Source: Candidatus Limiplasma sp.
GTDB lineage: Bacteria; Bacillota; Clostridia; Christensenellales; Aristaeellaceae
Reading direction: 5' to 3'
DNA length: 64,000 nt
NCBI GenBank assembly: GCA_963675925.2
Contig: CAXXIB010000002.1
Location: forward strand, 77,558 to 141,557
Positions 46,964 through 55,983 of the stretch are shown piece by piece. The notes under the pieces were generated by a model that was not told the DNA's origin, made no database searches, and saw only the letters and a list, made by a program, of their open reading frames with translations. Every line of letters begins with the position of its first letter. Within the stretch, counting starts at the first letter, position 1. The position numbers and the translations under genes were made by a program.

Positions 46964-47935
46964 TTATCTGTCTTCACGGAAATACGGCTGCCCCAAGTTT
47001 GCGGGTGGCTGATTTTCATGTTTATGGCGCATGGAAACAACGATCAGCACCAGTATGGTCACAATATACGGCAGCATCTTGAACAGCTCCTGCGACGAAC
47101 GGGTCAAGCCGCCGATGTAGAAGTACAGCCAGAACAAAATACCAAACAGATACGAGCCCCAAATGGCCTGCAGCGGCTTCCAGCGCGCGAAGATAACCAG
47201 TGCGACCGCCAACCAGCCGAGTTTTTCAATCCCGCCATCGTTGGCCCAGGTGCCTTTGATGTAGTCCATAATGTAATACAGACCACCCATACCGGTGATT
47301 GCCGCACCCACGCAAGTGGACAGGTACTTGTACTTGGTCACGCTGATGCCTGCGGCATCTGCCGTGGCGGGGTTTTCACCCACGGCACGGAGGTTTAACC
47401 CCGTGCGGGTTTTCCGCAGGAACCAGCTGGTGAGCACCGCCAAAACAATGGCCAGATACACCATAAAGCCGAGCGAAGAAAACACCCCGACATTGGATAA
47501 GAACGGCAGTGTGGCCCTGTAAGCACCGCTGGTCGGTGCAACAGAAATCTGCCCCACACCACCAGCCAGCTTGTTCATCGCGCCGCCAAAGAAGTTGGCG
47601 ACACCGGAGCCGAATATGGTCAGGGTCAGTCCGGTCACATTTTGGTTAGCTTTCAGCGTAATGGTCAGAAAACTGTAGATAAACCCTGCCAGCACCGACG
47701 CCAGTAGTGCGCAAAGCAGCGCGATCAGCAAACCGATAAACGGCACAGGCATGGCTACAGCGTTTTCATAGTAAAACGCGCCGCCAAGACCGGCAATACC
47801 GCCCAGGTACATAATGCCCGGCACACCCAGGTTCAAGTTACCGGATTTTTCCGTTAATATCTCGCCCACTGCGCCAAACAGGATCACGGTGCCAAACACG
47901 ATTGCCGCCTGCATCAAAGATAATATTTGAGACAT
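46964..47935 (-). CDS. ABC transporter permease (BMP/nucleoside-type importer, subunit 2)
   Basis: The 323-aa polytopic protein is the last gene of the BMP SBP-ATPase-permease-permease operon. Confidence 0.85.
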   Translation of the reverse strand: MSQILSLMQAAIVFGTVILFGAVGEILTEKSGNLNLGVPGIMYLGGIAGLGGAFYYENAVAMPVPFIGLLIALLCALLASVLAGFIYSFLTITLKANQNVTGLTLTIFGSGVANFFGGAMNKLAGGVGQISVAPTSGAYRATLPFLSNVGVFSSLGFMVYLAIVLAVLTSWFLRKTRTGLNLRAVGENPATADAAGISVTKYKYLSTCVGAAITGMGGLYYIMDYIKGTWANDGGIEKLGWLAVALVIFARWKPLQAIWGSYLFGILFWLYFYIGGLTRSSQELFKMLPYIVTILVLIVVSMRHKHENQPPANLGQPYFREDR

Positions 47936-47936
47936 C

Positions 47937-49031
47937 TTACTTGCCCTCCCGTCCGCGGAAGATCAACCGGTAGCGGGTAAAAAACTCGCTGCCGAGGATA
48001 AAGAACAGGATGATGCCTGTGATCATCTGGGAGGCATAGTCGTTCAGGTTGTACTGGGACGCAATTTGTATCGCGCCTTTTTCAAGGAACACGAGCAACC
48101 CCGCCACCAATATCATTACGAAGGTGTTGAACTTGGCAAGCCATGCCACAATGATAGCCGTAAACCCGTTACCACCGGCCGTACCGGTGGATATCGTGTG
48201 CGATGCCCCGGCGACTGCAATGTAGCCCGCCAGGCCGCAGATCGCGCCGGACAGCATCATCGTCCGTATCACTACCCGCTTGACGCTGATGCCGATATAG
48301 CGTGCGGTTTTGTTGGATTCCCCCACCACCGCAATTTCATAGCCATGCTTAGAGTAGCGCAGGTAAACAAACATCGCAACCGTCAGTGCCAGTACTATGA
48401 CGACGTTGAGCAGATACTTCTGCCCTAGCAGCGGCGGAAACCAACCCATCTGCGTGCGCTGATTAATGATGCCCACGGTGTTGGAGCCAAACGGATTTTC
48501 CCAGACAGCCACAAAGTAGCTCGTCAGCTGGATGGCGACATAGTTCATCATCAGCGTGAACAGGGTTTCGTTGGTGCCATAGCGTGCTTTGAACATAGCC
48601 GGGATTGCGCCCCAGGCCGCGCCTGCCAGCAAACTCGCCACCAGCGAGACAAGCAGCAGCGCCCAGGTCGGCAGGGTGTTGCCGAAATAAATCATCACGG
48701 CGGCGGTTGCAATACCGCCAATCAAAATCTGCCCTTCTGCGCCGATGTTCCAAAAGCGCATTTTAAATGCGGGTGCCAGCCCGATCCCGATGCAAAGCAG
48801 CATCGCCATATCGCGGAAACTGACCCACATACGGCGGCTGGACCCGAAGTTGCCTTCAAACATCGCCTCATACACCTTGATGGGGTTGAGGTGAACGATG
48901 GCGAAAATCACAACTGCGCTGGCCAGCAGCGCCAGCAGCAGCCCGATTAGCCGTATCAGCCAGCTGTGCCAAAACACGATGGAATCCCTTTTGGCAATAC
49001 GAATCCACGGAATTTTATGCGTTGGGTTCAT
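47937..49031 (-). CDS. ABC transporter permease (BMP/nucleoside-type importer, subunit 1)
   Basis: The 364-aa polytopic protein has the motif FNIGAEGQ, typical of this permease family. Confidence 0.85.
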   Translation of the reverse strand: MNPTHKIPWIRIAKRDSIVFWHSWLIRLIGLLLALLASAVVIFAIVHLNPIKVYEAMFEGNFGSSRRMWVSFRDMAMLLCIGIGLAPAFKMRFWNIGAEGQILIGGIATAAVMIYFGNTLPTWALLLVSLVASLLAGAAWGAIPAMFKARYGTNETLFTLMMNYVAIQLTSYFVAVWENPFGSNTVGIINQRTQMGWFPPLLGQKYLLNVVIVLALTVAMFVYLRYSKHGYEIAVVGESNKTARYIGISVKRVVIRTMMLSGAICGLAGYIAVAGASHTISTGTAGGNGFTAIIVAWLAKFNTFVMILVAGLLVFLEKGAIQIASQYNLNDYASQMITGIILFFILGSEFFTRYRLIFRGREGK

Positions 49032-50565
49032 TGCTTGTATCCTCTCCGTATTGTGTCATCATCATGCCGACTTTGTTCTTGTCCGCACCGGGGCCGTCCA
49101 CAATTCCCGATACCTTGCCGCCGCAGAGCACCAGAATTCTATCACACAGCTCCAGCAGCACATCCAAATCCTCACCAACGTAGATCACGGCAACGCCCTT
49201 TTCCTTTTGCTGGTTGATCAGATCGTAAATGGTGTAGGAGGAGTTGATGTCCAAACCGCGCACGGCGTAGGCGGTCATCAGCACGGTCGGCGAGGATGAT
49301 ATTTCACGCCCGACCAGCACTTTTTGCACATTCCCGCCCGACAGCATACGCACCGGTGTGGACAGATTCGGGGTGTTCACCTGCAGGTTTTTCACCACAT
49401 CATGGGCCAGCTTGCGGGGGTTTTTGCGATCGGTAAACATGCCCTTGCCTTGGCGGAAGGACCGCAGCATCATGTTGTGGGTCAGGTCCATATTGCCGAC
49501 CAGCCCCATACCCAGTCTATCCTCCGGTACAAAGGACAGCATAACGCCCATGGAAAATATACGGCGCGGGTCAAGCCCCGCCAGATCCGTTTTTTTCTTG
49601 GTGTCCGGTGCGATATAGGTGATTGCACCTTGTTTGAACGGGTGCAAACCGGCGATCGTCTCCAGCAATTCTTTCTGCCCGCAGCCGGATATCCCGGCGA
49701 TTCCAAGCACCTCGCCAGAGTAGGCTGTAAAGGATACATCATCCAGGCGGGTGATGCCATCCTCGTCGGTAAAGGTCAGATGATCGACAACCAACCTTGC
49801 TTCGCGGTTTTTGGGCTCCGGCCGCTTGATATTCAGCGATACCGCGCGCCCAACCATCATATTGGTCATCTCCGCCGCGTTGGTATCTTTGGTGAGAATC
49901 TCACCGGCGTTCTGCCCGCGCCTAAGCACCGCAACCCGGTCGGAAATCTCTTCCACCTCATGCAGTTTGTGCGTAATGAGCACGATGGCCTTGCCGTCGC
50001 TACGCATGTTCCGCAGCACCTTGAACAGCTTTGCCGTCTCCTGCGGTGTCAACACAGCGGTGGGTTCATCCAGAATCAGTATTTTCGCACCACGGTAGAG
50101 CACCTTGACGATTTCCACGGTCTGTTTCTGCGAGACCGACATATCAAACACTTTCTGCTCCGGGTCTACATCGAACCCGTACAGGTCGCAAATCTCCCAA
50201 ATCTTCTTGCCGACGGCTTTCAGGTCGAGACTGCCTTTGCCGGTCATGCCCAGAATAATGTTCTCCGCCGCTGTCAGCACATCCACCAGTTTAAAATGCT
50301 GGTGCACCATGCCGATTCCCAAATCATAAACATCCTTGGGACTGCGAATAGCCACGTCCGTGCCATTGACCGCAATCTGCCCCGAATCGGGAAAATAAAT
50401 GCCGGATAAAATATTCATCAGCGTGGTTTTTCCGCTGCCGTTTTCACCCAGCAGGGCGAGTATCTCGCCGTTGTGGATGTCCAGGTTGACCTTGTCGTTT
50501 GCGGCGACCGAACCAAAATGCTTGGTAATATCGCGCATACTGACCGCCGCCGTGCTTTGCTGCAT
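49015..50565 (-). CDS. ABC transporter ATP-binding protein with duplicated ATPase domains
   Basis: The first domain has GENGSGKTT, VSQKQTVEI and ILILDEPTA. The second domain has LSGGNVQK. Confidence 0.92.
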   Translation of the reverse strand: MQQSTAAVSMRDITKHFGSVAANDKVNLDIHNGEILALLGENGSGKTTLMNILSGIYFPDSGQIAVNGTDVAIRSPKDVYDLGIGMVHQHFKLVDVLTAAENIILGMTGKGSLDLKAVGKKIWEICDLYGFDVDPEQKVFDMSVSQKQTVEIVKVLYRGAKILILDEPTAVLTPQETAKLFKVLRNMRSDGKAIVLITHKLHEVEEISDRVAVLRRGQNAGEILTKDTNAAEMTNMMVGRAVSLNIKRPEPKNREARLVVDHLTFTDEDGITRLDDVSFTAYSGEVLGIAGISGCGQKELLETIAGLHPFKQGAITYIAPDTKKKTDLAGLDPRRIFSMGVMLSFVPEDRLGMGLVGNMDLTHNMMLRSFRQGKGMFTDRKNPRKLAHDVVKNLQVNTPNLSTPVRMLSGGNVQKVLVGREISSSPTVLMTAYAVRGLDINSSYTIYDLINQQKEKGVAVIYVGEDLDVLLELCDRILVLCGGKVSGIVDGPGADKNKVGMMMTQYGEDTSNEPNA

Positions 50566-50702
50566 TCCTGTGTGCCTCCCTTGGACAGTGTTGTGCCGTA
50601 ATGAACAACGTATATAGTTATACCCCAGAACAGGCTGAAATTCAAATTTGATCTTTGGCCCGATTCATCATTCTTCATCCATGCAATCATGCCCGAATGA
50701 AG

Positions 50703-50734
50703 GGAAAGGACCACGTTTTACGGTGGTCCTTTCC
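50703..50734 (-). other. Intercistronic 12-bp stem-loop after the binding-protein gene (no U-tract)
   Basis: The hairpin GGAAAGGACCAC-N8-GTGGTCCTTTCC lies in the 192-nt gap between the SBP and ATPase genes. Confidence 0.6.
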
Positions 50735-50757
50735 GGATATGTTCCTGCGAAATCCGC

Positions 50758-52209
50758 TTAGTTCTGTTCGGTGATGCCGTCGATACGGAGGCCGAAGTAC
50801 GGAGCACTGCGGAGGGTGGATTCATGGAACACGCCGTCGGAGATGGCTTCGCCGGTGTCGCCAGCCCAGTCACCATCGGTATCGATGGCCAGGTAGGTGG
50901 TCACGGTTTCGCCTTCCACGGTGAAGGTGGAGGTATCAAACACGTTCAGGGAACCGTCTTTAATGGCGGCTTCCACTTCAAGTACTTTTTCAGCGGTGCC
51001 TTCTGCGCAGCTTTCGCCCAGTGCAGAGATCATGACAGCGCCTTCGTTGTAGCCTGCGGCCCAATCGGTGGCGATTTCTTCGCCGTTCAGGATGGACTCA
51101 AACACGTAGGTGTAGTAGACACTCCAGTCGTTCTGTGCACTGGTGAGGGCTGCAGTGGGGGCAACGGAGAGCATATCCACATTGTAGCCAACGCAGTACA
51201 CGGTGGTGCCACCCTGGAGCAGCGCTTCACAGGCAGACGGTGCGCCGGTGGAGTCGGCATGCTGGCTAATGATGATCGCGCCAGCGGCAACCAGTGCATT
51301 GGCCGCTTCGGCTTCTGCAGTGGGGTTGTACCAGGAGTTGGTGTAGGTCACGTCCATCACCACATTGGGCACGATGGACTGGACACCCAGGAAGAAGCCG
51401 GTGTAACCGGACACCACTTCCGCGTACGGGAATGCGCCGATGTAGCCGATTTTGATATTGCCGTCTTCGTCCATGTTGTTATCCATCACTTTTTCGTCGG
51501 CTACGAGCTCGGCCAGTTTCATGCCGGCCACAACACCGGAAACGTAGCGGGATTCAAAGGTGTAGTTGAAAGCGTTCTTAAAGTTGTCAAGGCCAGACAG
51601 TGCAGCCGTGTCGCCCGTCATGGAGATAAAGGTGACGTCCGGGCTCTCGCTGGCAGCCTGCTGCATGTAGCTCTGGTGGGCATAGCTGTCGGAGATCACA
51701 TAATTGCAGCCCTGCTCTACCAGGTCCATCGCGGTGTCGTAGCAGACTTCGTTTTCGGGAATGTTGTACTTCCAAACAATCTGGTCATCGGTAAAGCCGA
51801 CTGCCGCAGCAGCGGTTTTGATGCCCTGGATGTGTGCATAGTCATAGCCCGTATTTTCATCGTGAACCAAAATAACGCCGATCTTCGCGGGTTCGGCTGC
51901 CGGTTCTTCGGTCGGTTCGGCGGTGGGTTCTGCCGTAGGTTCAGCAGTCGGCTCAGCGGTGGGTTCTGCCGTCGGTTCGGCAGTCGGCTCGGCTGTCGGT
52001 TCAGCCGTGGGTTCTACGGTCGGCTCCGCAGTGGGTTCTACGGTCGGCTCCGCAGTGGGTTCTGCCGTAGGTTCGGCAGTCGGCTCAGCCGTCGGTTCTA
52101 CCGTAGGTTCCGCTGTGGGGGCCGTCGTCGGTTCGGGTGTATTCGCGTTGCATGCTGTGAACACGAATACGACCGTCAGAGCGAGCAGCAGTAAGATGAT
52201 CTTCTTCAT
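50758..52209 (-). CDS. BMP-family (PnrA/Med-like) ABC substrate-binding lipoprotein with a long (T/A)xEP repeat linker
   Basis: The start is taken at MKKIILLLLALTVVFVFTAC (lipobox), preceded by GGAGGG. The BMP-fold body is ...IGVILVHDENTGYDYAHI... Confidence 0.88.
   Translation of the reverse strand: MKKIILLLLALTVVFVFTACNANTPEPTTAPTAEPTVEPTAEPTAEPTAEPTAEPTVEPTAEPTVEPTAEPTAEPTAEPTAEPTAEPTAEPTAEPTAEPTEEPAAEPAKIGVILVHDENTGYDYAHIQGIKTAAAAVGFTDDQIVWKYNIPENEVCYDTAMDLVEQGCNYVISDSYAHQSYMQQAASESPDVTFISMTGDTAALSGLDNFKNAFNYTFESRYVSGVVAGMKLAELVADEKVMDNNMDEDGNIKIGYIGAFPYAEVVSGYTGFFLGVQSIVPNVVMDVTYTNSWYNPTAEAEAANALVAAGAIIISQHADSTGAPSACEALLQGGTTVYCVGYNVDMLSVAPTAALTSAQNDWSVYYTYVFESILNGEEIATDWAAGYNEGAVMISALGESCAEGTAEKVLEVEAAIKDGSLNVFDTSTFTVEGETVTTYLAIDTDGDWAGDTGEAISDGVFHESTLRSAPYFGLRIDGITEQN
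51889..52140 (-). repeat. In-frame 12-nt tandem repeat encoding about 20 TAEP/TVEP units
   Basis: The peptide TPEPTTAPTAEPTVEPTAEPTAEP...TEEPAAEP lies directly after the lipobox Cys. Nucleotide units such as GGTTCGGC(A/C)GT(C/G/A) recur every 12 nt. The coordinates are approximate. Confidence 0.85.
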
Positions 52210-52325
52210 TTTCCACCCTCCATGTTGTACATAGTTTTTGCTTGCGCAAGGGAATACCGGGTACTGGTTGGAGTCCTGCAAACCTTTTAAGAACGTAAAA
52301 TTCTTATAAAGTTTTTACATTCATC

Positions 52326-52354
52326 AAGATACTGTGTTTACTGGGGTTTGTCAA
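52326..52354 (-). promoter_or_regulatory. Candidate promoter of the BMP ABC operon
   Basis: On the minus strand, TTGACA is followed by 17 nt and then TATCTT, about 115 nt upstream of the SBP start. Confidence 0.5.
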
Positions 52355-52391
52355 TACTACATGTACTCATTCGTTTGCCTTCAAAGCATAG

Positions 52392-52418
52392 AAAAAGCGC
52401 CGGAAAACAGCGCTTTTT
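52392..52418. terminator. Weak bidirectional terminator-like hairpin
   Basis: The hairpin is AAAAAGCGC-cggaaaaca-GCGCTTTTT, with a short GC core. Confidence 0.4.
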
Positions 52419-52680
52419 AGGTATAGAAAACACCACGATAAACGGCTCTGAAACGCTTGTGTCACAACCATTCTACGTTCCCGGAAAAAGTGCACGCTGA
52501 TGCGACAGACAAAAGATGAGGCAAAGACCAAATCGCATTCCCAGCGCGATGCGTAGCGAAGCTTCGTATGACTATGTACAAAAGAAATACAAAATATGTG
52601 ATGCTTTTTAACTCGCAACGCAGGTGCTGGATTGCCGCACACTAAGGATTGCGTGTTAGCTTCGCTCCTGTGATTCGCGT

Positions 52681-53400
52681 CTATTCCGGCGCATCTGCTG
52701 AGATCGCCCGTGCGGGACAGGCATCAGCAGCCGCCTGCATCGCCTCCGCTGATACTTTAATTGCTGCGTTTTTCAGCTGCGCTTTGCCGTTTTCCATCAC
52801 GAACTGTTCCGGCCATTTTCGTGCGCACAGACCGCAACCGATGCAGGCAGAGCGATTGACCGCATATTGATTCACCCCCGGTTGTTTGTCCGGCAAATCA
52901 CTGTCCTTGACCAGTTTGGCGGCGATCCAGGAAAACACAAGAATGGCCAGCACCGTCAGCACCCATCGCACTGCCATGAAACGGAGCCCAAGGAACTTCA
53001 TTTCGTTTAACAGCATCGGCACCTTGATGACCGCCCAAGCGCTTATGATCACGACCAGATTTCGAAGCGATGCGCCTTTCTTGTGCAGCATCACACATAG
53101 CGGGAATGCTGCGTAGATCGGCCCGGCGGAAATGCTGCCTAGCACCAGCGACAAAAGCGTTCCCTTCCAGCCCGCGCTTGTTCCCAGAAACCGCAGAATC
53201 TGTTCCTTGGGCACCCATGCATCCAGCAAAGCCGTCAGCACAAAGATGACCGGCATAATCATCAGCATTTCCTTGATGTAATACACACTGTTTTTCAGCG
53301 ATGCAACGCCCATAGAGGGCCGAAATATCAGCAGCAGCCCATACGTCGCCAGAACAGCAAGCGGGAACAGGTTGGCCTTGGCCTTTTGCAGAAGTTTCAT
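52681..53400 (-). CDS. Permease half (ArsP_1/DUF318-like) fused to a C-terminal single-cluster 4Fe-4S ferredoxin domain
   Basis: About five TM helices are followed by ...AVNRSACIGCGLCARKWPEQFVMENGKAQL...AADACPARAI, a CxxCxxC...CP ferredoxin pattern. Confidence 0.65.
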   Translation of the reverse strand: MKLLQKAKANLFPLAVLATYGLLLIFRPSMGVASLKNSVYYIKEMLMIMPVIFVLTALLDAWVPKEQILRFLGTSAGWKGTLLSLVLGSISAGPIYAAFPLCVMLHKKGASLRNLVVIISAWAVIKVPMLLNEMKFLGLRFMAVRWVLTVLAILVFSWIAAKLVKDSDLPDKQPGVNQYAVNRSACIGCGLCARKWPEQFVMENGKAQLKNAAIKVSAEAMQAAADACPARAISADAPE

Positions 53401-53879
53401 AGTATCACCCCCATCACAATCGCGATCAGTAGTGCAAACACAAAGCTTAACCCATTTCTGACAAGCGTAAACTTTTGCCCAAACGCACGCCGTTCCAGCG
53501 GAAAGGTCGCAATCCCCACCATGGTCAGCGTCGTTAGGAATGCCACTGCCGGAACGGTGCCCACACCGGCACTGACCAGGGTTCCGACCAACGGAAAGGC
53601 GATAAACGCCGGAATCAGCGTGATCGTGCCAAACGCCGCCGAGACTACGGAAGCCGAGAGCAGGTTTTGTTTGCCGACAAACGCTGCGATGGTCTCCGGC
53701 GGTAGGATGGTGAGTATCAACCCAATGAGGAAGATCACCGACACAATACTGACCACCATGCTTTTGCCCATACCAAAGGCGACGAGCAGCGCTTTTTTCG
53801 TTTTTTGTTTATCCTTGATCCAGGAACCCACCAGGAATACGGCCGTACCGCCCCACATTGCCAGCGTTAATACATCCAT
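53397..53879 (-). CDS. Permease half (ArsP_1/DUF318-like), first subunit
   Basis: The 160-aa protein has four to five TM helices and is related in pattern to the downstream half. Its stop overlaps the next start by 4 nt. Confidence 0.6.
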   Translation of the reverse strand: MDVLTLAMWGGTAVFLVGSWIKDKQKTKKALLVAFGMGKSMVVSIVSVIFLIGLILTILPPETIAAFVGKQNLLSASVVSAAFGTITLIPAFIAFPLVGTLVSAGVGTVPAVAFLTTLTMVGIATFPLERRAFGQKFTLVRNGLSFVFALLIAIVMGVIL

Positions 53880-53978
53880 ACCCTACCCTCCTATGCTTTT
53901 GCCCACTATACGCGATGCAAAGCACAGGGAATAGACACCAATGTTTCTTTTTTGTATACTGATATAGAGGTGCTTACT

Positions 53979-54641
53979 ATGATTGCAGAGAGTTGCCGCC
54001 ACATCCCCATGCTACAGGAGCTTCCCGCAGAAACACTAACCCGCCACATTTCAGCGAACCATATCCGGCTCCGTAGGTACCATAAAGGCGCGACCGTACA
54101 CCAGCAGAACCAGCACTGTACCACGCTGGACTTTGTTGTTGCAGGGTCGCTCGCCGCCTATGCGCTATCCGAAAACGGCTCGGCCATGGGTATGTTCACC
54201 TTTAAAAAAGGCGGGCTGATCGGCGCAAACCTTTTATTTGGCGACCGGAATGAATATCCGCTGACCATCTATAGCATATCTGCGTGCACGCTGCTGCAAG
54301 TTGACCACGATGCGATCCTTGAGTTTTTGCACGATTATCGCTTTACAATGGGTTTCGTGAGAGCGCTGTCCTTGAACTCGCAGGGCATGAACCAACGCAT
54401 CGCCAGGATGACGCTAAGCACTCTGCGGGACAACCTGCTTGCCTATTTGCGCAATCAATCCCTATTGCAGGGCACACAAAGCGTTACCCTACCCATCAGC
54501 AAAAAACAGTTGGCCGACTTTCTGGGTGTGCAGCGCCCGTCATTGTTTCGCGAGCTGAAAAAGCTCAAAGACGAAGGGCTAATTGAAATCCACAATCGAG
54601 ATATCACGCTGCTTGCATCAGCAGACACATTACAAAGCTAA
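53979..54641 (+). CDS. Crp/Fnr-family transcriptional regulator
   Basis: The ATG follows AGAGG. A cNMP-binding-like beta-roll is followed by the C-terminal HTH ISKKQLADFLGVQRPSLFRELKKLKDEGLI. Confidence 0.85.
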   Translation: MIAESCRHIPMLQELPAETLTRHISANHIRLRRYHKGATVHQQNQHCTTLDFVVAGSLAAYALSENGSAMGMFTFKKGGLIGANLLFGDRNEYPLTIYSISACTLLQVDHDAILEFLHDYRFTMGFVRALSLNSQGMNQRIARMTLSTLRDNLLAYLRNQSLLQGTQSVTLPISKKQLADFLGVQRPSLFRELKKLKDEGLIEIHNRDITLLASADTLQS

Positions 54642-55804
54642 ACAGTCTTTTCGGCGTCAGCGTTCGTCATTTCGTTGATACCTGTAATCGGTACCCTGCG
54701 ATAGCTTACAATCAGCAAAACGGAAAATATCGCCGCCAGATAATAGGGTACGCGAACATCCTGCCAGTGGAGCAGGGATTGAATCGCCTCAATCAGGATA
54801 GGCGAAATAAACTGCCCGAAATAGATCACCGCAGTCGTCATCGCCATCGCCGCCGTGACATATTCCTTGCTGGCATGCTTTGCAATTTGCGATTGCAGTA
54901 CGGAAACGATCACACCGATACCTGCGCCAACGCCAAACAACCCAAGCGTGGATAAGACGACGCTTTTTGTAAAGCTCATCGCCAAAAAAGAAACCACAAA
55001 CAGCAGCCCGGCATACAGCTGTATATAGTTTCGGGTGAAGTGCATAATCCGAGATGCTACAAGCCCTGTCAGAAAAGCCGCAAGATTCATCGTGGACATC
55101 AGCACGCCGATCACCGCCGGCGGCACCAACGAAAAATGGGTTGCGATTATAGAGAAACTTGCAGGAACAACACACAGTACCACCATCACCACAAAAATCG
55201 AAAGCAGATACGGTGTAATGTCCTTCATCATCTGTTTTGGAATCCCGTTTGTGGTACGCTTAATCTCGGCTTTGGGCAGAAACAAAACGACCAGCACAAT
55301 AATGATCAAGCCAAGCAGATAGATGGCAAACGTATACCGCCAGTGAAATGAAATTAGTAGACCGGACAGCAGCGTGCCAATCACCCCACCCAGGTTGTTA
55401 AGGGCTACAGAATGGCCGATGAGTTTAGCATGCTCCTTGCCGTCGATATACAGCGCGATCAGCGCGGTAGACAGCGGCATCACCAGCCCGACACCGGCAC
55501 CCAGCAGAATGCGGAAGATGAGTATGACATAGATATTATTCACAAGCCCGGCTGCGCTCCCCGCCGTAAACAGGATCAGGCCCAGCAGCGCGACCTTCTT
55601 GGATTCATATTTTTTAATGATGATATTGACCAGCAGCGACGCTGCAATGATCGAAAGACCCGGCAGCGTGACGATCAGCTTGATCAAAAGCGGATCTACG
55701 TCGCTGAAGTGCTGGGCGATCATACCCAGTGCAGGGCTGACGGCTGCCGCGGTCAATACCGGGATCAGTGACAGGGACAGTATGGTGAACTTGAGTTTGC
55801 GCAT
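54638..55804 (-). CDS. MFS transporter
   Basis: The 388-aa protein has 12 predicted TM helices. Confidence 0.85.
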   Translation of the reverse strand: MRKLKFTILSLSLIPVLTAAAVSPALGMIAQHFSDVDPLLIKLIVTLPGLSIIAASLLVNIIIKKYESKKVALLGLILFTAGSAAGLVNNIYVILIFRILLGAGVGLVMPLSTALIALYIDGKEHAKLIGHSVALNNLGGVIGTLLSGLLISFHWRYTFAIYLLGLIIIVLVVLFLPKAEIKRTTNGIPKQMMKDITPYLLSIFVVMVVLCVVPASFSIIATHFSLVPPAVIGVLMSTMNLAAFLTGLVASRIMHFTRNYIQLYAGLLFVVSFLAMSFTKSVVLSTLGLFGVGAGIGVIVSVLQSQIAKHASKEYVTAAMAMTTAVIYFGQFISPILIEAIQSLLHWQDVRVPYYLAAIFSVLLIVSYRRVPITGINEMTNADAEKTV

Positions 55805-55908
55805 GCGTTTCTCCCATCGTTTCCGTAACTATGATCGCGCGTTCGGTTAAAATAAAGGGCAAGCAGAGCATGAATATACAGGGCTTTTTCACATGCGTCA
55901 AGCATAAA

Positions 55909-55941
55909 CAAGCGCCGCCCGATCATCGCGGGCGGCGCTTG
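55909..55941 (-). terminator. Rho-independent terminator after guaA
   Basis: A 13-bp GC-rich stem, CAAGCGCCGCCCG-N7-CGGGCGGCGCTTG, is followed on the minus strand by TTTATGCTT. Confidence 0.75.
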
Positions 55942-55983
55942 CTATTGTGTTGCCTGCTGCTCAGCAGTTTAAATGCTTACTGC

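Noticed and set aside
51889-52140. A strictly periodic short repeat that could at first glance look like a repeat array or CRISPR-like structure.
   Set aside because: The period is only 12 nt with no spacers. It is in frame inside a lipoprotein gene and encodes a TAEP linker, so it is not a CRISPR array.
54638-54641. The convergent Crp/Fnr and MFS genes overlap at their stop codons with no terminator between them.
   Set aside because: It is real in the sequence but trivial. Tail-to-tail overlaps of a few bases are common in compact genomes, and I see no structure suggesting antisense regulation.
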